Shown: positions 37,906 to 54,117 of the stretch, in pieces
Numbering within the stretch: position 1 is the first letter of the stretch
How the letters are laid out: every line of letters begins with the position of its first letter
DNA from: Eledone cirrhosa
Lineage: Eukaryota
DNA length: 64,000 bases
Direction of reading: 5' to 3'
NCBI GenBank assembly: GCA_964016885.1
Contig: OZ024743.1
Location: 156,054,001-156,118,000, forward strand
Notes under the pieces: generated by a model
Databases searched by the model: none
Told to the model about the DNA's origin: nothing
The model's input: the letters and a program-made list of their open reading frames with translations, nothing else
Program-made: the position numbers and the translations under genes

Positions 37906-38979
37906 CATACATACAGACATACATACAGACATACATATTATCTTTGAAATAAGACAGAAGTATGGACAGGATGAAGAGATAACATTTCTGTGAACACTTT
38001 TGTCAATATACAATATTTGTACTAAAAATAATTGCCACCCTTCATTAGCAAATCATTATTATTCTTTGTTTGTGTATGGGAGAGGATTATATTGACGATA
38101 ATGAATATTTGATATTTCTTTATAAGCAAAATGAATTTTTCAAACCTTACCGAATATCTGTTTTCTGTTCATATGTTGCGTTCTCCAAGTTGAATTGAAA
38201 TATTCAATTTAAACGTCTGTATGCTGAGAATAACGTTCGTTTCAATCAGATTAAACTGACTTCCGTCTTACTTAACATATCTAGAAGTAGGTTTTCCTTT
38301 TATATGAGGGTAAGTGAAGCATACTAACATATTTAACAAGGCAGAAATGAGGGAAGATTGAACCTCTCACTTTTCATCTCGTGTTGTTTGTACTTTTTTG
38401 TTAGGAAGAAGTCAGATTTGTTTCAGTTATTCAGGTGGATCTCTTGGGCCGTACTGAAGATGTATAACCTATATATCTAGGGCTATTTGCCAGTTTCTGT
38501 ATTGCTCTGTCTGTTCGTATTTCGAGCCACATTCTCCTCTCGTCTTAGCCATTAATTCATCACATTGGGTGCACGAAATTATTCTCTGATCTCTCTCACT
38601 TTGTTTATGATAATATTAACTGTGATCCGAAAACTTATCAAATATTCCATAATGTCCTACTCACTAATCGATATACTCCATTTTGTCCGGACTAACAGCC
38701 AACATAATTCCTACAGTTTTTCTCTTTACACTCACAGCCACGCGTCAAAATGGACCTGTCTTTCTACATGTGTCTCCATTATACTTCCTATTGTATAATT
38801 TTCTATGGATTATGCGTTTGTCTAATGAACGTCTAAATATGTTATTTTATCATGGCAACACAGTCCCTTTTTTCTTGCCTGTCCATTATACTCTCAAGTT
38901 ACAATGTTTTGGTTTGCCCTATTTACATGTTACTTGTCTGTGCGACGTGCATAGAAGGTTTCTGTTTCTCATGTTGTTT

Positions 38980-39096
38980 TTCACCTCTGAAGGATGCCTT
39001 CCAAATTTAGAACTACTAGAGTGGTAGCAACACGCTAAGCTCAGGTTTCGGGACAATGCCAGCCAAAAAACCCTGAGCTTAGAGGAGTCAGGTGAA
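38980..39096 (+). ncRNA. Degenerate hammerhead with long stem III
   Basis: TTCACCT/AGGTGAA stem I, CTGAAGG and GCAAC (mutated boxes), 11-bp CTAAGCTCAGG/CCTGAGCTTAG stem, and GTC site. Confidence 0.5.
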
Positions 39097-40060
39097 GATC
39101 GGAACTTCCCATGTATTCGTTATCTCTGTCACCCTCTCCAGATGTTCTGTATTGCTCTGTCTGTTCGTAGTTTTTCCATTCCCCACTCATTCATTTGGTT
39201 ATTCGACCGTATGGTTTCTTTACCCTTATATATATATATAATCAAAAAAGAAAATCACATCATTATCTGGTGTGATATTTGACCCAAAATACCGTGTTTT
39301 GAAATATCAATTGTGAGACGTTAGGAATCCTAATTCTTGTACATTGTTGTCTAATACCGATTCCTAATTCTTGTACATTGTTGCCTAATACCAATTCCTA
39401 GAGCCCAGTTTTGAAATTAGAATCAATATTGTTAACACTGCAGTGGCGCAAGAAATGAATGGCAATACATAATATATAACAAAAAATATTGAGAAATCAA
39501 TATTGCTTCATTAATCACACACATTTTATTGGATCAATAAAGGTATTATAAACAGAATGTAACTATGGTAATGGCGCTGTGAGTATATAGACGCAAGTGA
39601 TTTGTATGCTTACATGAGGTTATTTGCGCTTCATATTTTAGATAATGTCTACAGTAAAATACAAAAATTCAATAATAGATGCATATTTAAAAGGTAATGG
39701 CTTATAATTCAATGTATATGTATATATAATATTTATATCAACATTGAGACATTATTGTTGACAGCCATTTGTATCAGACAACTGACAACATATTTTAAAT
39801 GATAATAGATGGGTAAATTAGTGTATCCCATTTCGTAATTTGAAATCTAACAAGGAATGCATGGGTTTATTAATTTACTCTGTAACTATGTTTTATACAC
39901 TGATATATTAACCCATCACAGGTTTGATAAGATAAATACCAGCAAAGAACTAAAGAAATCATTTACATCATGATCACTTAAATCGTTGCTTTATTGAATC
40001 AATGACCGCAATAAACTTTTAGGTTGTGAACTGGAATTAACCTGATTATACGTTATAAGG

Positions 40061-41480
40061 GTGGAAAAGAATTGGGACGAGGTAACGAGCAGAGAAGCCA
40101 GTCACACCCAAAAATGGGCTGGGAGGAAGCTATCACTGAAAGGTCGCGCGGAGGTGGCGAATGCGTACATCGCGTCCGTCATCTACTACCACCTGACCGT
40201 CGTGCCTTGCCCCCGTCCGCGCCTCCTCAAGTTGGAACAGCTCCTCTTCAAATTCTTGTGGAGGGGACAAGTTCCGTTGGTGAGGCGGTCCATCTGCTGC
40301 CAGCACCCTCTACGCGGAGGGCTGGGCATGCCGTGGCTAATGATACGTAGACATGCGTTGAGGCTGCGACATCTCCAGATATTCTGCCTCAACGGTGAAC
40401 AGGTGTGGTCGCCGTTTATCAGACGGGCCTTTCCGCAGCCCATTTCTTTGACTGCGCTGCAGTCCTGGGTCAAGACGAGACCGAGACTGGGTGACTGGCA
40501 CATGTAACGTTGCCAGGTACTCACTGCCCTCTACCAAGCGGGCAATGCGATCAGTGGAACTTCCACTCTCGAGTTCTATAGAATATTAGTGGTGGGCAAG
40601 TGCGATGACGCACTCGGAGAAGCTTTGGGCCTCGATGAAGTCGAACTGACCAGTCTGTACCGGAGGACTTTCGGGTCGGGGACGATGGATACTTTCCAGA
40701 AATGCCTCGCTGGTCAGTGCTACCGGGGGGCACTGCCGGTTCGGGATAAACTCTACAGGCACGGAAGTGCTGACTGACGGACCTGCCCAAGATGTTCACA
40801 GAACGACGAAACCGTTCTGCACGCACTTGTCCAATGTCCGTGCATTACTGACTTGTGGAGTTATGTCGAACAGCTACTGTCGCGTGTGGAACGAATCCGG
40901 CTATCTGCCCAGTCTATAGTGAAGATCGATCCACCGCCTTCCTTAGGTCAGGAAGAGCAGGAGACTTTCCTTTGCCTGGTGGCAGTTGCGAAAGAGGTTA
41001 TATGGTGGACCAGGTTAAAATGACTGAAGACAGACACTTTTTCTCTTCGGCCAATACCTCATCAACTTCTTCAAGTTTCACCTGGAAAGGAAGGTGAGGG
41101 TGGAGAAAGAAGTGCTGCCCCCAGTACATTTGCTAAAAGGTGGGTGAATGTGGCGAGAATGGCTCGTGTGAATGCGCCTACTCTGAGCATGTGCCTATAG
41201 GCTAGCTAATTTGAGGAGAGGGGTGCTCTCCCTGGGTGCCCTAGAAGCGCAGGGTTGTTCAGGATTGGTGGGGTACCCGAGTCACCCTAGGGTCGTCCAC
41301 CCCGTATCGGGGAAATTATTGTCTTATATTTATGCATACTTTATTTTATATTTTTATATTTTCATTGTTAAATTAGTCTTGCCATTGTGCACTTTTACTC
41401 GACCTTATTGTAAACCCTCACTGTCCCTGTCTTTGTATTGTCCCCTACATGTTGGCACTTGTGGCTAATAAATGAAATCT
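40061..41480 (+). mobile_element. 5'-truncated Tx1/L1-clade LINE (RT C-terminus, zinc knuckle, 3' UTR)
   Basis: 'WAGRKLSLKGRAEVANAYIASVIYY...ICCQHPLRGGLGMP', 'ALPVRDKL' and 'CPRCSQNDETVLHALVQC'. AATAAA then an ATT-rich tail. Same family as 7915-9095. Confidence 0.85.
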
Positions 41481-44324
41481 TTATAATTATAATTATTATT
41501 ACCAGTGACAACAACAAATCTATCCCTATCATCTTAAACGCAATAACATCTTTATTGTAACCACTGTAATTATAAGCAGTAGTAGACACGACAGCAACAC
41601 CAACATCGTTGTCATCATAATTATCATGTTTTAGAAAACTCAATCGCAGTTGCACGGCAATGTCAAACGTCCAATGTAAAAGTGAAACAAAAATGTTTAT
41701 ACCATGAACGAAATTATTATTTGTGACAGTGTCACACATGGCATTATAGACCAGCCCGAACTGATCACTTCTAAATCATCGACACAAAAATTATCATTTA
41801 AGTCTGCAATGACGAAAATTATATGCAGGTCTATTAGCTTTGTCTAATCAATTCTTCTCTAAAAAGAAAACTGCCTAGAGATGAAGAACAAGTACAGCAT
41901 ATGTGCAGCTACGCATTTGAGAAATGAAGCATTTAGATGGATATTAGCCTTGATTGGGATGATATATCGAATGCATTTAATGGTGTTATCATCTAATTCT
42001 ATTTCTAAATAATGTGTATCGGGGATTATAGAATTGGATATATCCTTCAAATATTTTCCAATTTTTTTTTTCTTTTTGGTGGGGACGATCTGAAATACGT
42101 AAGCAACTATTTATAGCAAGTCAACTCTTGTGCTACCCCACCCTGTGACATATTCCACCCTCAGTTGTATAACGATGGCTTTCCTAGTAGTATATATTGG
42201 CTGTTACTCCGTATGTTTCCTTTTTCCTAGCACTCAGACACCGAACCTTAAATCAATTAAATGAATCATCCATATTAACGCTTGTATATAGACGTGCCCC
42301 ACCTAACCAGATTATTTTATGCAAACACCGATCTGTAGATTTTAAACTTAAAATGTCACAGCGCGGATTTCATCAATTTAGAGGGTGTTGCCCAATATCT
42401 CCCTTCCAAAATCACCAATTAAGGTTGCATATTGCAGGTTTGATATAATAGCATACCACTCATATTATAGGTGAGACATTATATCATCCGAGTTTACATT
42501 GATTTCTTATTTAGGTTAAATTTTGGGGAAGGGCAAAGCTGACTGTTGCATTAATTTATCAGCTCCATCTGAAAGATAACAAAACTGTCCTCGGCGAAGT
42601 CTAAGCTCAGAATGTAAGGCGAAAGCACAAATACCGCAATGATAGTTTATTCGACAGATTGATTTAACCTGATTACTGAAACAACAAACATTGCATGAAA
42701 TATGAATATTATATGAGTAGTTTACTATATCATATGGTCAACTACTTTTATTTGGAGACAATTAGGTCACCCGAAATATTTAGAATATATATCGAATAAG
42801 TTAAGTCAACGGAGGTGCGGTGAGTGTAACACATGTGATCATCAATGTGATCGATTAGAGCTGATCTCTTGCTGAACAACTATAATTACTATGTGCAATG
42901 ATTATTTGTTTGTTTAACTCCAACCATTCCAGTATACGTTTGCAATGGTAGACCTGATATAACTCCAAGGGAAATACTGCCGTATATAGATGAGACCACT
43001 CTGTTGAAATTATTCAAACAAGATGTTTAGTCGCCCTGACTTGCTTTGGCAATCCTTATTTGCATCAATATCAGGAATCAGCAAAATTTCATACGAATTA
43101 AATGCCACCCCATCTGATTTAGCCGTACAAAATAATTTAATGAATTGCCTGAGTACTTTGATGAGAGATATAATTAAATATATCAATCCTCTTAGTAAAT
43201 GTGTTTATGTGCATGGCATCAATTTTCTATACTGAATAAATATTAAATATAGAAGCATAGATATAAAATAAGTTCATCTAACCAATTATTCATCCTATTT
43301 TGCTAGCTCATACCGTTATCCATTAAGCCTATTAGCTCCATATTGTCTATTCACTTCTGTAACGGATAGCGTTACTTATTCTCATATGCATATAACTTGG
43401 ATATTTAACACGATTCGCTGAATTCTAAATGTCTTATATTCTAGCATTATAATTGAATTTCTGTTATAGCTCCTTCACATATAGTTTTCGGACTCAGTCA
43501 GTTCTAGTTTTCATATGGATATATAGTTGAGGTTGTTGGCATTATACAACCGCTGTTTACGGACAGAGAGTTAAAAGGAGTGAAATTCTTTAAAAATCTT
43601 CATATGAACGTATCTATAGGTGCTTAACAAACATTGGAAGTAGGATTTACAAGATATTTTCTATTGAAATAACCGAAGACTAACGGTTAGGTATCTTGTA
43701 TCTTGCATAGGGTTTCTCCGTTCGGTTACATTGTCCCATAGTTTCCCAGTGTAATTATATATTCAGTGAAGGTTTGACTATTCCTTCTCAGCATATAACA
43801 TCAGCCCCGTGGAGGCTCCCAAGGCATAAGTCGAACATTAGACCCACTTCAATTGCCGCACAGTAAGTGACGTCATGAAAGAGTTGCAACAGTTTGGTAT
43901 TTGGAAATATCAGCAAAGTATAACGAATGTTTGTTCCAAAAGTCTAGGGATTTCATTGCGAGATTGCATTAGGAATAAGGAGAGTGGATATCCAACATAT
44001 CAAACAGATTAAAACTGAAAACTTTTTTTTATTCACGATAAGTGGCATCCAGGTCATAATGCTCGAGATCCATTAGGCTGAGTCAAACGTCCTGACAATT
44101 TCCAAGTAGATGGCATTGGGAATGTACTCAATTACCCTGTATATCCCATTGTTGGAGGCGTGATATTGTCTTTTGCAAAGTATATATGAACAATGATATT
44201 CTAGACATGACAACTGAATGTTTTCTCATACAATGTGCATAAATGTTTATATTATCACATATGTCATTTTGTAATTTGACAAGTTAAAATTTGACAGAAA
44301 TCTGGTTGCTGTTTCGTAGATATT

Positions 44325-44480
44325 TGGCGGTGGATTGGCAGTATCGGTGGAGCGTCAGACACCATGCTTTGCTGCATAGAGCCACATCCCTTTACTCTCT
44401 CGAGGAGTCTATACATTAAAGCACCAGTAATGTACTGGGATAATTTCTGGCCTTGGGCCAAAAGCAGAAACAATTATTTG
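44325..44480 (+). mobile_element. Internally deleted SINE
   Basis: TGGCGGTGGATTGGCAGTATCGGTGGAGCGTCAGAC head and family-type tail. Confidence 0.75.
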
Positions 44481-45221
44481 ACGTCGTTCCATCATTTAAT
44501 AACTGCGGGATATGGAAGGAGATTTCCTAAGCTTCCTATTTTTCTTTTTGTGTTGAATGTTTACATTGTACACGGAGAGATTTTGTTTGCCATACTTCCA
44601 AATTTGTTGTGTTACTCTATGGTTCCTAGTATGATTCGGTGAGTCTTTTCTAGTTTAGATGTATATACCATCTCCATATTCTAATAATCTATCTTCTTCG
44701 GAGCTTTGGCTTTCACCTTTTTCTCACAATTCATGTTGATAAGTGTGTTATAGACTGTTGACGTTACATCTGCATATTTTTCATCTATCATAGTGTTTTT
44801 TTAAATTATTTTCCTTTGTAGGATTCAGATTTTAAACATATTCTTTCTCTCATTTTAATGCAAACAGAAACGGCTTCAGAATGATTGGAGTAGATTTTTA
44901 AGCTGATCGCGCGAATATGTTGACACAACTTCGTTTCAGTATATATAGTTTTACAAAAGTTATTAAATATCCTTACTGATAAATGTAGACACACATGTCA
45001 GTTAACTGAAATATAACACCAATGAGTTGGAGGTTCGAGAAAATATTAAACAAGAATCCCTTTACAAGTAACTCTAGTCAAATTTAAAAAGAAGAGCGTT
45101 GCAGAACCTGAGATATTATAAGACATTAGCCAATTCTCTTTTACCTAATTAGGATTTCGAAAGAGACAAAAAAAACATTCTGCAGATAGTTGCATCATTT
45201 TAGATATGAAAAGGAAAACGA

Positions 45222-45271
<50 letters not shown>

Positions 45272-45378
45272 TATTTTACGTTGTGTTGTAATATAAATAT
45301 TACACACAGTAGATTGACAGCTCACGTAGAGTTTGCTCGACGGTTCCAGTTGTAGTTCCAAAAGTAATCCGGAGAAAA

Positions 45379-48734
<3,356 letters not shown>

Positions 48735-48736
<2 letters not shown>

Positions 48737-49060
48737 AAGTAATTCCATCGGAAAAGTCCAGGAAAAAAGAGTGCTCTATGTATGCAACAGAGCTTAATTA
48801 TTATTATTATGTAATAAACAACATAAGGCAATTATTCCATTTACCAGTGGTTTCTTAAAAGCAAAAGGTTTTGCTTTCAATCCTCAGAATGAAAAATCCT
48901 GGTTTGTTTATTGAATATGGAGTTTAGGTTTTTAGAATCCATATTCAATAAACAAAACATGATTTTTCATTCTGAGGATTGAAAGCAAAACCTTTTGCTT
49001 TTAAGAAACCACTGGTAAATGGAATAATTGCCTTATGTTGTTTATTGCATAATAATAATA
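48735..49060. repeat. Head-to-head inverted pair of the 35230-35425 pLTR-like sequence, two HHRs
   Basis: HHR at 48838-48891(-) and 48968-49021(+), 16-nt spacer at 48922-48937, flanked by (TA)n. Confidence 0.9.
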
Positions 49061-49083
49061 TATATATATATATATATATATAC

Positions 49084-49176
<93 letters not shown>

Positions 49177-49944
49177 TGTGTGTGTGTGTGTGTGTGTATG
49201 AGTCTGTGAGCGTCTGTGTGTGTCTGTGAAAATATATATAAAGAGATAGAGGTGGGGATGGATATATAGATTAACGATAAGTATGGCTGTTTGATCGTAT
49301 ATTAAATGTTCTTATGTGCTATATTTCAGTTATAATAAGAGATGCTACCTATATATCAGTGTTCAATAGATCGGATAATGTATTCCGGGAAGACAGGAAA
49401 TATGTACAGAAAGCACAGCAGTGAATGCCGCATTTCCCGTATGCCGGGAGTGTGTGTGATTCGATTCAACGTAGGTGTCACCATCCATATCTCTACAACT
49501 CTCTGAGTACTCTACATAACTAGTTCAAGTATTATTCACTGTTATGAAATATTGTAATTATTTGCAAAGTGGAGATTATATTTTCAAAATTTGAATTTCC
49601 GAACGATTTGTAAGCCAATCCCTGTCAAATCAAATCTTGACAAATTTCTAATAATCTTCTATGCAGAATGCGTGGTAAAACAGACGATGGAGACGTCTGG
49701 AAATCTATTGTTCATATTTGCCTCACCAATGCAAAACATACCGCTGTCTGACGGATTCGCTGTCGATTCGCTGAAAGAAACTAGGGACAATGGCTTGGAA
49801 ATGACTACCACTTCACCCGTCACGTCCGTACCCCCAACCACTCATCTCAAGACCACTCTATCAGGCGCCTTTTTTCTCAACCACACGCACCAGGAACGGG
49901 AAGAATTTAATGTTTCGCCTTGTAACTATTTTCCTGAATGCTCT

Positions 49945-52110
49945 TGTGGTGACCTACATTCTGATTGCTCTTGAATACATTCTCCGTACGTTTATTTGCT
50001 CAGTTCAGTCAAACGCTACCAGCGTAGGGAAATGTATTTCAACTTCCGCCGAAGGGGAAACATTCCAGCTTCTCTTCGAAAATCTCCCACTTTGAATCTC
50101 GTCAACAGAAGCGAAACATCTCTTGATTTTGCTCAACGAACTTTCCAAAATGTAGCTATCAAACAATTACCGCGGCCGTGGCTTCTAACTTTAGCCATAG
50201 GTTTGCGTATTCTTTTACAGCATCTTAATTTGTTTTATTTCATTTCTTATGACATGTCATCACATCTAACTCAACATTTCCACAACATTCCCTTGGACTG
50301 CTTCGGTTACTCTCTGTTATACAATACACAAACAAATATTAACAATCAAAACAACCCAAATAACTAACAACTAAAATACACGTTCTAAATTGGTGAACAA
50401 TCTACACAATAACATCTTCTAAATTGGTGACCCAGCCGTGGGAACTAAATGTTCCTTTAAAAAAAATAGAAGTAGTATTTTTAAAGAACAACACTCAAGC
50501 TTTATTGTATTGTTTCAGCACCTTGTAAAAACATTTTTGTTGTTAACAACACGACACGCGCTTTAACTTCAACGAACCCACCTGAGAAAAAAAAACATTA
50601 TTTGAGAAAAGAATTAGCTGTCTTTTAAAAAGTCACAGCACGCGGTACATTTTTTTTTTTCAACATGGCTACCATCAACTATCATCAAAATCATCATCAG
50701 CAACAGCAACACATGGTTAAACACTAACCATAAACAACAGGGAATAACTACGTGGCAGCTTTATAGCCTTACCAACGCAACCAGCACACCTTCTGACCAT
50801 CAATTAACTACTGAAGATTCACTACTTCCTCACACTCTTATCACCACTATGGCGTCAGTGGTGGCGTTCATAATATTGGTGACTCTAGATTTCTCTTCAA
50901 CCTTCGACCTCGATCGTCGTTCTGTAGTATAACAACCTCAACCTTGTTACTTTACTCGACTCACTGGGAAAACAACAAATGGAACTGGACCTGTCAGCAT
51001 TTCCCCCATTTCTCCGACGAATCGCCAAAATTACAGCTTCAACTACTACCCACCTACAGATTTAACTTGCTTTTTTCTTTTCAAAGTAACTTAACCATTT
51101 TTACCTGGCTGTTTGGAAGTGCACTTCCGGCACTTCATCTGGGAGGCCAACAATTCCTCGCCTACCCATCATCTTGTTGCCAGCTCTGCTACAACATTTA
51201 CCATAACAGCTCCATCTACACAGTTCTGGTATAACACTTACCGTAACAGCTATACAGCTCTGCTAAAGCATGAACATCAACATCATTGACAACAACTACT
51301 GGTAAACTACCATAACAGCTTCATCCACAGCTCTGGTACAGCACTTAACATACCAGCTAACTTTTAATGCATAAACACCAACTTTGCCAATGTCAGACTT
51401 TATCCGTTTTCTGTTAGACGCCGGGTGGTCACGCATAAATAGCAAAACAGCTAGTCATTTAACACAGCGGCCCAGCAAGGCCTTTAGCGCCTCATTTTTC
51501 TTCTTGTTCAATCTTTTCATTGCTGTGCTCTCTTTCAGCGTGTTTCCTGCTAATTCAACCTTACATATCGTCTACCTGACTAAATAAGGGGTATTGTAGT
51601 GACCTACATTCTGATGGCTTTTGAATACCTTCTCCGTACGTTATTTGGCTCAGTTCAGCCAATAGCTACCAGCGTAGGGAAATGTATTTCAACTTCCGCC
51701 GAAAGGGAAAAATTCCCGCTTCTCTTCGAAAATCTCCCTCTTTGAATCTTGTCACCCGAAGTTAAACATCTCTTTATTTTGCTCAACAAACTTTCCAAAA
51801 TGTAGCTATCAAACAATTACCGCTGCCATAGGTCTGCGTATTCTTTTACAGCATCTTAATTTGTTTTATTTCATTTCTTATGACTTGTCATCACATCTAA
51901 CTCAACTTCTCATCTTTGTTAATAAAATATATATAAAAAAACGTCGTAATGCCTTACGATGATATTTTCCACAACATTCCCTTGGACTGCTTCGGTAACT
52001 CTCTGTGATACAATACACACACAAATATTAACATTCAAAACAACCCATATAACAAACAACTAAAAACACGTTCTAAATTAGTGAACATTTACAAAATAAC
52101 TATTTCTAAA
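49945..52110 (+). mobile_element. Non-coding LTR retroelement (LTRs 49945-50423 and 51595-52110)
   Basis: Direct repeats starting TGT(G/A)GTGACCTAC, PBS-like TGGTGACCC at 50425, purine tract AAATAAGGGG before the 3' LTR, and 4-bp TSD CTCT (49941-44 / 52111-14). Confidence 0.85.
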
Positions 52111-53013
52111 CTCTCAACTCTCAAACGCAATGTGTATAACTCTCTTTATACTTGCTCACACATACACACCCACAATGCTGCAGCAATAAGAATATTATGC
52201 GCACCCACGTTTACAACACAATTACATACCACCCAACACATATTTATGCAGCTGCAGACACAACACCCTTAATTTACTATTAGACAGACCAGTCTTGTCG
52301 CGGACAAGATTTAGCCTTCAATGCACATGACATGCCGATAAACGCATACGGATGTAATATGTACCGGCATTTCTGCATCCACAGTCATTCTAACATTCTC
52401 TAAATCCTTTCCACCTCTAATAACCCAACACATTTAGATGCAATTCCAAGACTGTTAGTTCTCTAACAGCGATACTTACGATATTCAACATTCATACGAT
52501 CATTTTTGCCACCGACTCCCTTTTCTGAAACGACCCCCTTTGCTGCACCTACCCCCTTTTCTGCAACGGCATTCAACTGTTTATAATAGCGTATATGTAT
52601 GTAAAATTTCACATGAAAATGTATACCACCCTGCGTTGGTCAGCTTACACACACATATGCAATCTTACAGCAGTTAAGTTTGCCACAGTGTAACGTACAT
52701 CTAATCACAGCTTTGCACAGACATCAAAACCAACCAACACACATACTCAAAATAAGCTTTAATATGAGAGTTATCCTCCGACCATAATTTCCTAAATCAA
52801 ACGTACTTTTGTTTGCAAAGCGCTTTTTCCGTTTCCTTCTCTTTGCACTTTCCTCTAACTTGCTATCTCTTCTCACTTATCCTATTCGAAACCAATTTAT
52901 ATTTCGTTTTTGATTTCCTATTTCTATCTAATCTGTTATTATCCCTTTGAAATCATTAGGAGCATATAGGATGAAATAAGGATAAGGATACTCTAACTCC
53001 TAAACTTGTCTAG

Positions 53014-53105
53014 AGCACGTTTAAATATGTTGGAGCCCAGCCTTCTCCAGGTCTTAAAACAGCCGATTTTTCTGTAGAAGAAGAATTGACCACATTACTG
53101 GACTC
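53014..53105 (+). other. Candidate internal coding exon (92 bp)
   Basis: CTAAC...CTTGTCTAG acceptor, open frame STFKYVGAQPSPGLKTADFSVEEELTTLLD, donor-like GTACGT. Confidence 0.25.
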
Positions 53106-54058
53106 GTACGTTTCTTTTTTATCGATCTCGAAATACCGTAAAACGAATACCGTGAAACACTCTATCCGACGTCTTAATGACTCTGCCCAATGAAATTTCA
53201 TTTATTTGTATACCGATAGAACAAAAGAGAAGTAATTCCGTCATTTAGGGTGACGTGCGATACATAATCTACATACTTATTTTGATCTTTGACAGAATGC
53301 GTGACTAAATCGAAATGCGTTAGCTGAAGTAATGCTTTTTAAAACTTGATATTTTCTACTTTATGGAGCCTACGACTGTTTTAGCTATGAATAGATATTT
53401 TCTTATAAAAAAATATTAAATGCATAACAATAATTTGGATACCACACCATACAGATGTTATGGGAAGTAATAAATAACAAATATATCGCTAGTCAAATCA
53501 TTTAGCAAAAGCTTAATTCATCAAGAGTGGGAAATATTGGGGGAAGTAGGTAGAAATAAACTATCAAATTCCAATCCTTCATAGTATAAGCAAGACCTGT
53601 CAACGTTTAAAAGATATCATACTATGAATACAGTTAATAAACAAATATGTTGACTACAATCGGAACATATACCGATGAGCTATGTTTTATCACGAACTTA
53701 CATTACTACCTAAGCCGACTTTACTAATATAAGAGAGAAGACATGTTTAAGCAGATGTTTAAAACTCTATCGATATTGGAGACGGACTATATTGTCAAAG
53801 ATCTATTAATTATGAATAAGATTTCTAAGTACATAGAATCATGAAAACATTCAACAATACAGAAAATGAGTTGCTATATAATTGTCAGTGTTTAATTTAT
53901 TTTCCCGTGTACGCTAATGTTACCTCATGTTTTCTCTGTATTTCTCCATCTGTCACACATTTATATCTTACATGCAAGGGTATCAGATAACACTCTTAGT
54001 ATGGAATGGCTTAATAACAATACATAGACTATTAAGTAAATACACACACACACACACA

Positions 54059-54116
<58 letters not shown>

Positions 54117-54117
<1 letters not shown>

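Noticed and set aside
39328-39400. 34-bp tandem duplication
   Set aside because: Ordinary local slippage with no further structure.
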